This document shows, piece after piece, positions 27,301 to 35,517 of a DNA stretch of 40,800 bases. Under the pieces are notes generated by a model, which searched no databases, was not told the origin of the DNA, and was given only the letters and a program-made list of their open reading frames with translations. This stretch comes from a virus. Its lineage: Duplodnaviria; Caudoviricetes. The DNA lies in IMG/VR virus record IMGVR_UViG_3300011339_000301, positions 1 through 40,800 of that record; one strand, given 5' to 3'. How positions within the stretch are numbered: position 1 is the stretch's first letter; every line of letters begins with the position of its first letter. A program made the translations under genes and the position numbers.

Positions 27301-28547
27301 ATACACCCATTGCAACACTGCCTGGTATGAACCGGTACTCCAAGGTATTGTGGGCTGGTGATGATCTTGATAAGATCAAAGAAGCCCTTATGGAGCACGG
27401 TATTGCGTATGATGGTGTACCTAATGGTATGGCTATCTTCAAGGGTCTTGAGGCTGAATACCGTGGTCGTGTAGCCTTTGGTGCACTGACTGCTTCATCA
27501 CTCCTTGGTTATGCCCTTGGTGGTAATATCCGTGGTAACGGTCCTGTTAACGCTGGTGAGCGTAAGAAGCTACGTGATAACTTTGGTTGGCAACCTAAGC
27601 ACATCAATGTTGCTGGTAAATGGGTCAGTTATGCTGGCTATGAACCGCTTGATACAATTCTTACTCTTGTTGGTGACCTTGCTTTCTATTCGCGTGATAT
27701 CGGTTCTACTTTGACTGAATCGTTTGTGGATAAGCTTGCATGGACTATCTCTGCTACCTTTGTCAATAAGTCATGGACTGCTGGTCTAGAGCCTGTAGTT
27801 GCTGTTGCTAATGGTGACGAGACTGCTATCTCTCGCTTCCTAGCCAATGAGGTACGTGCTGCTATTCCTCTGTCCGGTGCTCTTGGTGTTGTCTCCAATG
27901 CTATCACCAGCTCCCAGAAGGATATCTACAAGGATCTAGTTGGTTATGTCATGAATAAGGTACCTGGATTCTCCAGTCAACTACCTGAACAGATCGACAT
28001 TTACACTGGTAAACCCCTCAACGATATCGACAATCCAATCCTTCGTACACTGAATGCTGTTAATCCAGTTAAAATCAGTGAAGGTACTGAGCCTTGGCGT
28101 CAGTGGTTGATTGATAGCGGTTGGGATGGTGTCCAAATGATTCGTAAGGACAGCACTGGTAACCACGAATACACACCACAGGAACGTGAGACTCTCTACC
28201 GTTATATTGGTGAGCAGCAACTGTGGAAAGAGTTTGACAAACTCAGTAAGAACAAGAAGTACAACGATCAACTGGATCGTATTCGTGCTATGCGTGTTCA
28301 AGGCCGTCCATCTGAAGAGATTCAAGCCGCTCAAAGTGAGGTCTATTCAGTGATGAATGACATCATGTCTCAAGCTCAAAAAGCAGCTGAGCTCCGTATG
28401 CAGCAAGAGAATGAACCGATGTGGCGTTCTATTCAAGAATCCCTGACCAATAAGAACCTTATGAAACAGGGTCGTATTGATGACGCTGCCAGGGCTGCTG
28501 ATCGTCGTAAAGCAGAGATTGAACGACTAACCCAAATGTACCGATAA
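24333..28547 (+). CDS. Internal virion protein (gp16-like), 1404 aa
   Basis: Size, position before tail fibre, helical composition. Confidence 0.75.
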   Translation: MTQSPYVDEEELNRIIAEEEAEAKALEEAAPAYSPKTAPQTMYKEATPAENKAAGNVQPVKSPQQQAVQQLTGGGQQQPQEPLNRGSGFIYGSGDPNATLGEDIGTYAQRTLEGLGSVGMGIIDFGMDAIGRIPGAEWIDDAWDAKTKYKNPAFQKVREVSSILVPAIGVGAASRVGTAGMAGSPVARGLSSLGINVAGDVAINAISDQSEGDTVSTIVKEAAPWLPVPDALVVKDSDPPEVRRQKNIYESAGISIVGDIIGYSAAAGRGVMDWFKPNDTTAREFMSSEVLVNADAPTATRLSEIDTQRMELQQQLDQVAATPALDQETLRAQLDIIGELQSQIKALDGESSKLTKQYTETGASDLTESPLESFVERQQISRDTQVDEVGKGRLMDDPEGVTGVDPMVTPNMFPDGSTATLSLPPGSVARNMADTTAIKLGTASGTPAPILSERAYYDLSKGNAVSRNIIEDLAEGTRATGDFDAMVQGFRYTKAQMSDAAWKIYNDIIGTDKVSDLKNLFLDNRDVKNLLDGRTIKYVNDVQAEAIGFAMRELTDKYIGQVVTETSARVMDTVGREVADIAEGYKAFPETADLSRTTEMLGDRLAFLMEEYALNKYIAGWSLKNQDRWQKFLKEAPDKESAIRQITEQFDLKVQEKNLQAQGYRDMIRTIATERPDAAQPLIDAFALSRGDVDTLDKLMKWSAQQLSPAGLLKSGDEGLNAFAQGVWAVRYNNMLSGISALKAITGNTVALTLRANNAFLGTGIGALMGRNTVDDLRKATHVYGSFWQVNKRALNDSWDTFKRTWNNGKWGNDNQMDFRELAREDLVTDYQPNLWDTLADMEQVWEKDGNWGRLAQYRFARFMYDLGNWRWFKYGTNAMISADSFVQTTIASQMARARAWDEVSSIGYKGAELAQQLARAEKMAYDESFDAVGNLTDAAAKNAAGEIALNLDDETATWLTRGVNKLPILKSFFMFPKTGVNGIKMAMSYTPIATLPGMNRYSKVLWAGDDLDKIKEALMEHGIAYDGVPNGMAIFKGLEAEYRGRVAFGALTASSLLGYALGGNIRGNGPVNAGERKKLRDNFGWQPKHINVAGKWVSYAGYEPLDTILTLVGDLAFYSRDIGSTLTESFVDKLAWTISATFVNKSWTAGLEPVVAVANGDETAISRFLANEVRAAIPLSGALGVVSNAITSSQKDIYKDLVGYVMNKVPGFSSQLPEQIDIYTGKPLNDIDNPILRTLNAVNPVKISEGTEPWRQWLIDSGWDGVQMIRKDSTGNHEYTPQERETLYRYIGEQQLWKEFDKLSKNKKYNDQLDRIRAMRVQGRPSEEIQAAQSEVYSVMNDIMSQAQKAAELRMQQENEPMWRSIQESLTNKNLMKQGRIDDAARAADRRKAEIERLTQMYR

Positions 28548-28553
28548 CCTTAA

Positions 28554-30785
28554 ATGGCAACTACACAAAATACATTCAATGGTAATGGGTCCAATTTGGG
28601 ACCCTTTTCTTTTACTTTTAAGTGGCTTGAGTCTACTGATATTAAAGTTAGTGTTGGTGGTGTACTGAAGACTGCTGGCACTCACTATAACCTACAAGGA
28701 CTTAACTACACAACTAAGACTGGTGGTCAGGTCCTGTTCACTGCTGGTAATGCACCACCGGTTGGTACCAATAACATCCGTATCTATCGTGATACTGATG
28801 ATGAAGTATTGTCAGCTGTTTTCTCTTCTGGTTCTGCTATTCGAGCTAAGGACCTGAACGATAACTTCACCCAGAACCTATACGTTACTCAAGAGACTAA
28901 TAACAACTCCCTTAATGTTGATGGCTCTAACCCTATGGTTGGTCCACTCAATATGAATGGGTTCCAAATTGATAACTTGGGGGAACCTACTACAGATAGT
29001 GATGCTGCTACTAAAAAGTACATTGATGATCGCTATGGTAACCTAGGTATTCCTGGTCATACTCGGTGGCGTAAGGTAGCTACTGCTAGCCAGACTACCT
29101 TCTCCGGTACTGGTGACTATGGTGGTGTCTTGGCTTACTCTCCAACACGAGAGCAAGTCTATATCAATGGTGCTTTGCAACAGCGTGGTGTTGACTACGC
29201 TGCTGATAATGGTACTAGTGTTGCCTTCACTGTTGGTCTTACTGTTGGTGATGTTGTTGACATTATTTGTGTTAACAACTTGACTAATAGTTCGGTTAGT
29301 AATGCTGGCAATATCACCTATAGTGGACAGTTTACTGGTCAGACTGCTAGGACTGTTGCAGCTAAACTTGCTGATGTCGTTTCCGTCAAAGACTTTGGTG
29401 CAGTTGGTGATGGAGTGACTGATGATACATTAAAATTTGAAGCTGCAATAGCTACTGGAAAAGCGGTCTATGTCCCGTACACTCCAAATGGATATGTCGT
29501 CAACAATGTAAGGGTCACAACTAATACTGTAATCTATGGTGAGAAACCTGGCATATCGTCTGGTCCAACGCTAAAAGTTACTACTTCTGGCGCTGCAGCG
29601 TTTGTACCAGCTGACACAACTGGGCCAATTTTCCACCTTAAGTTTGCTAACTTTGTAGTAACAACATCTGCTACCAACGTAACTGGTGCTGCATTTTGGC
29701 GACATTCCAATAAAACCCACTATACAGCATATGTAGAGTTTTCAGATATTGAAACTTCTACATCGTTAGAAACCGCATACGACGGATTCTTTATTTTTGC
29801 TGCTTGGTCTAATTGTAGGGACGGTTACATTGGAAACATAAATACCAATACAACACATACAGCAATTAGTTCTGTTCCTGCTAGTTACTCACAGGGCAAT
29901 CAAACTAATTTAAACACCCTCACTAATTGTCACTTTTTTGGCGATACTACAATCAGTAACAGTGCTGCTGCTATTATTGATGTTGCTTATGGTGATTTGT
30001 GGAAATTTCAATCTTGTGACTTTGAAGGAATCAAAACTAGAGCTGTTAGATTGCGTGGAGTTGGTTCCACGTTATTTGATAGTTGCTGGTTTGAACGTGT
30101 TAGTGCTACAGAAAATGTGCTAGTAGATGTTACACCGTCAAACCCTAAAGGAAGTGGTGCTCATTTCATTAACTGCTACGGGTTGTTAACTAATACTACT
30201 CAGTACTTTACAGTGTTTGGTGCAGCTTCTGTAGGATTTTTCGATACATGTGCATTTGTCCAGGTCCCTGCTGGTGTTAAACTAGCTACTGGTATTGTTA
30301 GACGTATTCAAAATGTAAGTTCATCGGGAGTTGGTGGTGGTAGCGCCTTTCTCACAGGTTATGCCGATGCCTTCTTTTATCTTAATGGTAACATTTCGAC
30401 AGAAGGTAACATTACTGCAGCTACTGGCAACATTACTGCAACCGCTGGTAACATCTCTGCAACCGCTGGTAATATCTCTGCAGATGCAGGTACAGTTACA
30501 GCTTACAACGGAATTAAATCACGTTATAACATAACTGTAACAACTTCACCTACTTTAATTTCTGCAAAGAATGGTATTTTCGGTTTAGTGTACATTAGTG
30601 GTTATGCTAACGGAACAGGTGTTCAATTCTGGTATCTTGTATCCATTGGTAACCCTACTGGTACTACAGTCATAGCTAGTTACGATCCTACAACAACTAA
30701 CCCAACATTCAGCGAAGGAGTTGGTGGTCTTTATATGCAAACTGGCGGTGGAAGCCTTCAGGTATTCTGCAGTACAATCGGTTAA
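28554..30785 (+). CDS. gp17: Tail fibre/spike (gp17-like N-terminus plus pectin-lyase-like beta-helix region)
   Basis: F.F.F..L...DIKV, IRIYR.T and GSAIRA.DLN.NF.Q adaptor; VSVKDFGAVGDGVTDDT beta-helix cap. Confidence 0.9.
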   Translation: MATTQNTFNGNGSNLGPFSFTFKWLESTDIKVSVGGVLKTAGTHYNLQGLNYTTKTGGQVLFTAGNAPPVGTNNIRIYRDTDDEVLSAVFSSGSAIRAKDLNDNFTQNLYVTQETNNNSLNVDGSNPMVGPLNMNGFQIDNLGEPTTDSDAATKKYIDDRYGNLGIPGHTRWRKVATASQTTFSGTGDYGGVLAYSPTREQVYINGALQQRGVDYAADNGTSVAFTVGLTVGDVVDIICVNNLTNSSVSNAGNITYSGQFTGQTARTVAAKLADVVSVKDFGAVGDGVTDDTLKFEAAIATGKAVYVPYTPNGYVVNNVRVTTNTVIYGEKPGISSGPTLKVTTSGAAAFVPADTTGPIFHLKFANFVVTTSATNVTGAAFWRHSNKTHYTAYVEFSDIETSTSLETAYDGFFIFAAWSNCRDGYIGNINTNTTHTAISSVPASYSQGNQTNLNTLTNCHFFGDTTISNSAAAIIDVAYGDLWKFQSCDFEGIKTRAVRLRGVGSTLFDSCWFERVSATENVLVDVTPSNPKGSGAHFINCYGLLTNTTQYFTVFGAASVGFFDTCAFVQVPAGVKLATGIVRRIQNVSSSGVGGGSAFLTGYADAFFYLNGNISTEGNITAATGNITATAGNISATAGNISADAGTVTAYNGIKSRYNITVTTSPTLISAKNGIFGLVYISGYANGTGVQFWYLVSIGNPTGTTVIASYDPTTTNPTFSEGVGGLYMQTGGGSLQVFCSTIG
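30387..30488 (+). repeat. In-frame tandem repeat: one 18-nt and four 21-nt units encoding GNI(S/T)xxx
   Basis: GNISTE GNITAAT GNITATA GNISATA GNISADA. Confidence 0.85.
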
Positions 30786-30806
30786 TTATCTATTACATCA
30801 CCTAAC

Positions 30807-31106
30807 ATGGCACTTACAAAAACTATCACAATTGATGGATGCCGTCAATTTGTATATAACACTAATTTGGTTGTCATTGAGCCAAATGCCACTCTGACTA
30901 TTGATGATGCTTACATCACTGTTGACTCTATTACTGGTTCAAAGGAAGAGCTGCAAGTTGAAGTTAAGATTGCAGGTGGCTCAATTGAACCTATGCAATT
31001 TTATAAATTCACACCATCAGTAATAGAAGGCTCTGATAACTTCATTAAACAAGCTTACGAATACCTTAAAACCCTTCCAGAATTTGCTGACGCGGTGGAT
31101 TGCTGA
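30807..31106 (+). CDS. Tail-fibre-associated small protein
   Basis: Follows the fibre gene; C-terminal NFIKQAYEYLKTLPEF.DA.DC motif. Confidence 0.7.
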   Translation: MALTKTITIDGCRQFVYNTNLVVIEPNATLTIDDAYITVDSITGSKEELQVEVKIAGGSIEPMQFYKFTPSVIEGSDNFIKQAYEYLKTLPEFADAVDC

Positions 31107-31134
31107 TGACAAAAACACGTGACTTAATTTAACC

Positions 31135-31341
31135 ATGATCACCATCCTAGGCATTAAAGTGTCCTATGAGACACTTGCCTTTTTTATTCTTTTTATCGCT
31201 TCTGAATACCTTGGTATGACTAAGAAGCGGCGCTCTAACAGCGTTACTCAAGCCATTACTATGGCTGCTGCTTATTTCAGCAAAACACGTACTGAAGATG
31301 ACACAGTGCGTCGTATTCGTCGAACCCTTAGAGGGAAGTAA
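31135..31341 (+). CDS. Putative holin / small membrane protein
   Basis: N-terminal hydrophobic helix, basic C-terminus, directly upstream of endolysin. Confidence 0.55.
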   Translation: MITILGIKVSYETLAFFILFIASEYLGMTKKRRSNSVTQAITMAAAYFSKTRTEDDTVRRIRRTLRGK

Positions 31342-31346
31342 TCACC

Positions 31347-32315
31347 ATGGTACTGCTGCAAGTTAAGCAGTACTACCCTCAAACTGATAGTGCAACAGGC
31401 CATGGAGATCGGATGTGCTTTAGCTCCACGTGTGCTATGGCTGTCAAGTACCTCCTACCTGATTCGCTAAAGGGTAGTAATGCTGATGATGATTACCTCC
31501 GTACAGTGCTGAAGTACGGAGATACTACTTCCTCTACAAGTCAAGTTAAAGCCTGTCAGCAGTACGGTGTCTTTGCTACCTTCTATCAAAAAGGTACTAA
31601 GCAAGCACTAATCAATGAGCTTAAAGCAGGCTATCCCGTAGCTACAGGTATCCTCCACAAAGGACATGTCTCTAACCCCGTTGGTGGTGGACACTGGATG
31701 CTGCTCATCGGTGATGACGGTGAGAATGGTATCTTCCATGATCCATACGGTGAGATGGATAACGTCAACGGTGGTTATGTAACTATCGGTAGTGGAGGAC
31801 AAAGTGTCAAGTACTCTTGGAAAAACTGGCTACCTCGTTGGGAAGTAGAAGGTCAAGGTACTGGCTGGTTTATGACCTTCCGACCTACGACTACAGCGCA
31901 ACCACTAGCTCCCGTAGAGAACACTTGGGAGGGAGTTATCACTGCCGCTAAAGCAGCTGGGGCTAAGTTTCCACAGGTAGTAGCTGCTCAATGGGCACTT
32001 GAAAGTGGTTGGGGTAAGCACACATCTGGTTCTCATAACTATTTTGGACTTAAAGGATCCGGTACTGACCATGAGACTAAAGAGTTCATCGATGGTCAAT
32101 GGATTACTATCACTGCTGGTTTTATTAATTTCCCAGACCTACAATCATGTGTGTCGTATTTGACGCAACGTTGGTACAAGGATTACAAAGCATATAAAGG
32201 AGTCAACCGTGCCTCTTCTATGGAGGAGTGTTGCAGACTTTTAGTTAAGGAGGGGTATGCCACTGATCCTGACTATAGTACTAAACTGATTAACATCATC
32301 AACCAAAAGAAATGA
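31347..32315 (+). CDS. Putative endolysin: C39-like peptidase plus GH73 glucosaminidase
   Basis: Q.D...CFSSTCAM / GGHW / HDPYG (Cys-His-Asp); AQWALESGWG, NYFGLKG, GYATDPDY. Confidence 0.85.
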   Translation: MVLLQVKQYYPQTDSATGHGDRMCFSSTCAMAVKYLLPDSLKGSNADDDYLRTVLKYGDTTSSTSQVKACQQYGVFATFYQKGTKQALINELKAGYPVATGILHKGHVSNPVGGGHWMLLIGDDGENGIFHDPYGEMDNVNGGYVTIGSGGQSVKYSWKNWLPRWEVEGQGTGWFMTFRPTTTAQPLAPVENTWEGVITAAKAAGAKFPQVVAAQWALESGWGKHTSGSHNYFGLKGSGTDHETKEFIDGQWITITAGFINFPDLQSCVSYLTQRWYKDYKAYKGVNRASSMEECCRLLVKEGYATDPDYSTKLINIINQKK

Positions 32316-32557
32316 TTGAAGCCGTCATAACAGGTGTAGCTTCTCTAGTGATTGGAATCGGTGGCGGTATTGCGGCTATGAATAGTAAATCAAATACACG
32401 TATGGATCAATTGGATAAACGTATTGATGCCATTGAGTTAAGGTTTGCTGAGAAGTACGTACCAAGGCAAGAGCTAGCTAACGCCCTACAAAAGATGGAG
32501 GATCACATGATCCGCATCGAAAACAAACTAGATCAAATTGTATTGAGAAATGGCTAA
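32312..32557 (+). CDS. Membrane-anchored coiled-coil protein (lysis-associated candidate)
   Basis: N-terminal hydrophobic segment then heptad pattern; ATGA coupling to endolysin. Confidence 0.65.
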   Translation: MIEAVITGVASLVIGIGGGIAAMNSKSNTRMDQLDKRIDAIELRFAEKYVPRQELANALQKMEDHMIRIENKLDQIVLRNG

Positions 32558-32801
32558 TAAGAAGGCCACAGAGGATCAGTTCCATGAGCTGCATAACCTT
32601 GTAACCAAAGAGTTCCTGGCTCGTATTAAATCAGGTGAAGCCTCTACTGCTGATCTAAAAGCAGCTTGTGATTGGTTATCTAAAAATGATATCTCTGGGG
32701 TTGCTTATGAGGGTAACCCCCTTGATAAACTCGCTACCATTATGCCCAAGGTAGACCCTGAACTTATCCAAAAGAGGTTATATGGCAAGTCGCACGTCTA
32801 A
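32550..32801 (+). CDS. terS: Terminase small subunit (gp18-like)
   Basis: KATE..F.ELH..VT..L.RI.SGEA...DL..A..WL..NDI pattern; size; synteny. Confidence 0.82.
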   Translation: MANKKATEDQFHELHNLVTKEFLARIKSGEASTADLKAACDWLSKNDISGVAYEGNPLDKLATIMPKVDPELIQKRLYGKSHV

Positions 32802-33036
32802 CTACTACAAGAATAACCCTAAGGCTAAGGCTAAGCGTCTTAAGCAACAAGCTGAATACAACAGAACTAAAGAGGGTCTCAAGATCCGTACTAATGCCAA
32901 TAAGCTAAACCGTAAGCTTGGTACTTATGGTAATGGTGATGGTATGGATGCTTCCCATACTGGTCCCAATAAAGGCAAGTTAGAGTCCCCTAAAGCTAAC
33001 CGTACTCGCCCACGTAAGGGTAAAAAGTATGGCTGA
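32782..33036 (+). CDS. Small basic protein, degenerate HNH-like
   Basis: GDGMDASH....G.LE....NR pattern. Confidence 0.65.
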   Translation: MASRTSNYYKNNPKAKAKRLKQQAEYNRTKEGLKIRTNANKLNRKLGTYGNGDGMDASHTGPNKGKLESPKANRTRPRKGKKYG

Positions 33037-33056
33037 TCCACTCCCAATCCAATGAT

Positions 33057-33383
33057 GTGACACCGCTACTTCCTAGTCCTGATCACTACCTCCACAACCT
33101 AATAACGATGACAAGCTCTGAAGCAAAAAGGCTACACCGTCGTGCAATTAAGGAATACTTTAATTGTCAATGCGTATACTGCGGAGAAACTTATGAACTA
33201 CATGAACTTACACTTGACCACGTTCGCCCTAAGTGTCTTGGTGGCGAAGACCTTACTTCAAATTTGGTACCCAGCTGTAGGAAATGCAATCAGGCTAAAG
33301 GAAGTAGCAATTGGCTACAATGGATGAGGGACACATTTGGTCCTACCAATAGGGAAACATTAATTCTATCACACATTCGTTAA
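33057..33383 (+). CDS. HNH endonuclease
   Basis: CVYCG, LDHVRPK..GG, NLV.SC.KCN..K. Confidence 0.9.
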   Translation: MTPLLPSPDHYLHNLITMTSSEAKRLHRRAIKEYFNCQCVYCGETYELHELTLDHVRPKCLGGEDLTSNLVPSCRKCNQAKGSSNWLQWMRDTFGPTNRETLILSHIR

Positions 33384-33385
33384 TC

Positions 33386-33760
33386 ATGGACAATAACAAA
33401 ATGCCCAAATCGGGTCGTAAAAAAACAAATCGCGGTTCGGTTGTTGAGCGCATTAAAGAAGATGTAGCCAAAATGGAAGCTGCTTCGATGAGTCGTCGCC
33501 AAGGTCGTAGTAACCTGACATCTAAGGATCTATCACCTAAGGCCAAAGGTGGTTCAGCTACTATTAAAGATGCCCCCAATGGTAAGGAGTATATGGGTCC
33601 TGCTTTTGGTGAGTACAAAGCTAAGCAAAAGGAAGAGCCAAAAGCTAAGCAAGAAAAGCCCCGTCAACGTCCTGGTGCTGGCCGTGAGGACATGATGCGG
33701 AAGATGGAAGAGGAGCGTAAGCGTCGTCAACGTGGTGAGTCTAATGTTGTTGGGAGCTGA
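33386..33760 (+). CDS. Hypothetical highly charged basic protein, 124 aa
   Basis: Tightly packed ORF; K/R/E-rich. Confidence 0.7.
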   Translation: MDNNKMPKSGRKKTNRGSVVERIKEDVAKMEAASMSRRQGRSNLTSKDLSPKAKGGSATIKDAPNGKEYMGPAFGEYKAKQKEEPKAKQEKPRQRPGAGREDMMRKMEEERKRRQRGESNVVGS

Positions 33761-33762
33761 TT

Positions 33763-35445
33763 ATGGTTCCTCGTAAAATGCCTGGAGGTAAAACAAAAGC
33801 TCAAAAAAGATTTGAAATTCTTAGGGGAAGAGCTGCACAAGCTGACTTTTCCACTCCTCAAGGATCAAAACTTATTTTTGATTATTACCAAAAGGCTGGT
33901 TATATACCAGCAAAAAATGCTCAGGGACATTCCTTTAAATCTTTAGAGGAATTCCTCCAAACTGTTCAAAATAAAGTCGAAGCAGTTAAAGTGACTAATC
34001 CTAGTATTAGTGATAAAGAAGCTTTAAGGCTTGTCGAGTCTAGATTAGCCTATAACAAAGCTCTTCGTTCTGCTAAAACTGGAGAAGACATTAATAAAAT
34101 TACTGATTTACTAAAAGCTGATCCAGAAAAAAGACTTGCTAAGCAACGAGCTTATAGCGGACTACCTCTAACGATTAGTGATACAGGTAAAGTTAGCATA
34201 AATCGTCGTCAGTATATGTCGGCAGAAGGTGGTCTGCCTCGCCCTGTTTTTGATGAAATTACAGCTCGTCGTGGCATTGAAGAAGCCACACGTTATGAAA
34301 AAGCTGTAAAAGCTGAATGGAAAAAAATGGGTGATATTGGTAGGCAACTTTCTGCGGAAACTGGTGTACCATTTCATCGTGGCCACTGGCTTGCTAATAA
34401 GTATGGTGGAGCTGAAAGTGCAAGAGCTGGTTCTCTTGAAATTGGTACATTAAATGAATTACACGGTGCTGCTCCTCGCGGTGACATTAAAGCAGTAGCT
34501 GAAACAGGTCGTGGTTCTATGGGTTGGTTGGAAGATTTTACCAACTGGGATCTTGCAGAAAATAAATTAAATGTTTTAGGCTCTGAACACTTAAAACAGT
34601 CTGACCTTCAAGCTATTTCTAACGGTGTAGATCCGAATCAATTAATTGCTCAACGTACTGCTGAATACGAAGCAAGAGGTATGGTTCCAGATCCAGATGA
34701 AATTGGTTTAATTTTTGGTTCTCAATTAGATCGTAATGAAACCGTTCAATCTCAATTTGGTAGATTAGCGGAAGAGCAGAAACTGTTTATGCAGGAAACT
34801 GGGTTTGACCCTCGTTACGGTAGGCCAGTTTCAAGCGAGCGTTTAGCTGAAGTTACACAAGACGTTAATAAATCTAAACGACTGATACCTGAAATTCCTA
34901 AAACTGGTGGACGATTAGCTCCTGTACTTGCCACTGAACCAGTTGGAAATAGAGCACTTGCTAAAAAATTGATACCAAAACTTAGTCCAATTGGTGCTGG
35001 ACTGGCAATTGGTGGAGCACTTTTTAGCGATAATCCAGCTGAAGCTATCCCTGTTGCCGCTGAAACACTTACACCACTTGGTGATCTACAAGGTGCTCCT
35101 GAACCAGCTGTTACCATGGTCAATGTTGGTGGCAAACTTCGTCCACTTAACACTGATACTAACACTTTAATGGATAAACCTGGTTATGGTTTGGAGCAAA
35201 AAGGTGGACAATGGCGTGAAGTACAACGTGGTACTGGTGCTGCTAGTAGGCAACAATCTAAAGTACAAGCCGAGCAACTGATACCTGTTCCTAAACCAGT
35301 TATGGCTAACACCCCTACTGGCGTGGCTCAACTTAAAGCTATGCCTAAATCCAAAAACATTGACCTCATTAACGAAGCTCAATACTTTATCGTTAATCCA
35401 GTTAGGAGTGCGTTTGATCGTGTCTTCGGTAAACGTCCCATCTAA
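33763..35445 (+). CDS. Hypothetical protein, 560 aa, with putative His-Me-finger nuclease motif
   Basis: Long ORF; FHRGHWLANKYGG...LN; Gly-rich hydrophobic segment IGAGLAIGGALF. Confidence 0.75.
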   Translation: MVPRKMPGGKTKAQKRFEILRGRAAQADFSTPQGSKLIFDYYQKAGYIPAKNAQGHSFKSLEEFLQTVQNKVEAVKVTNPSISDKEALRLVESRLAYNKALRSAKTGEDINKITDLLKADPEKRLAKQRAYSGLPLTISDTGKVSINRRQYMSAEGGLPRPVFDEITARRGIEEATRYEKAVKAEWKKMGDIGRQLSAETGVPFHRGHWLANKYGGAESARAGSLEIGTLNELHGAAPRGDIKAVAETGRGSMGWLEDFTNWDLAENKLNVLGSEHLKQSDLQAISNGVDPNQLIAQRTAEYEARGMVPDPDEIGLIFGSQLDRNETVQSQFGRLAEEQKLFMQETGFDPRYGRPVSSERLAEVTQDVNKSKRLIPEIPKTGGRLAPVLATEPVGNRALAKKLIPKLSPIGAGLAIGGALFSDNPAEAIPVAAETLTPLGDLQGAPEPAVTMVNVGGKLRPLNTDTNTLMDKPGYGLEQKGGQWREVQRGTGAASRQQSKVQAEQLIPVPKPVMANTPTGVAQLKAMPKSKNIDLINEAQYFIVNPVRSAFDRVFGKRPI

Positions 35446-35517
35446 CTAAACCTCCACCATTGGTACCTAGGAGCCTCTACAAGGGGCCTCTAGGTTCCTT
35501 TACGTACATTCTACCAT

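Noticed and set aside
30387-30488. CRISPR array or DGR-type repeat
   Set aside because: Units are contiguous in-frame peptide repeats without spacers; no reverse transcriptase or cas genes.
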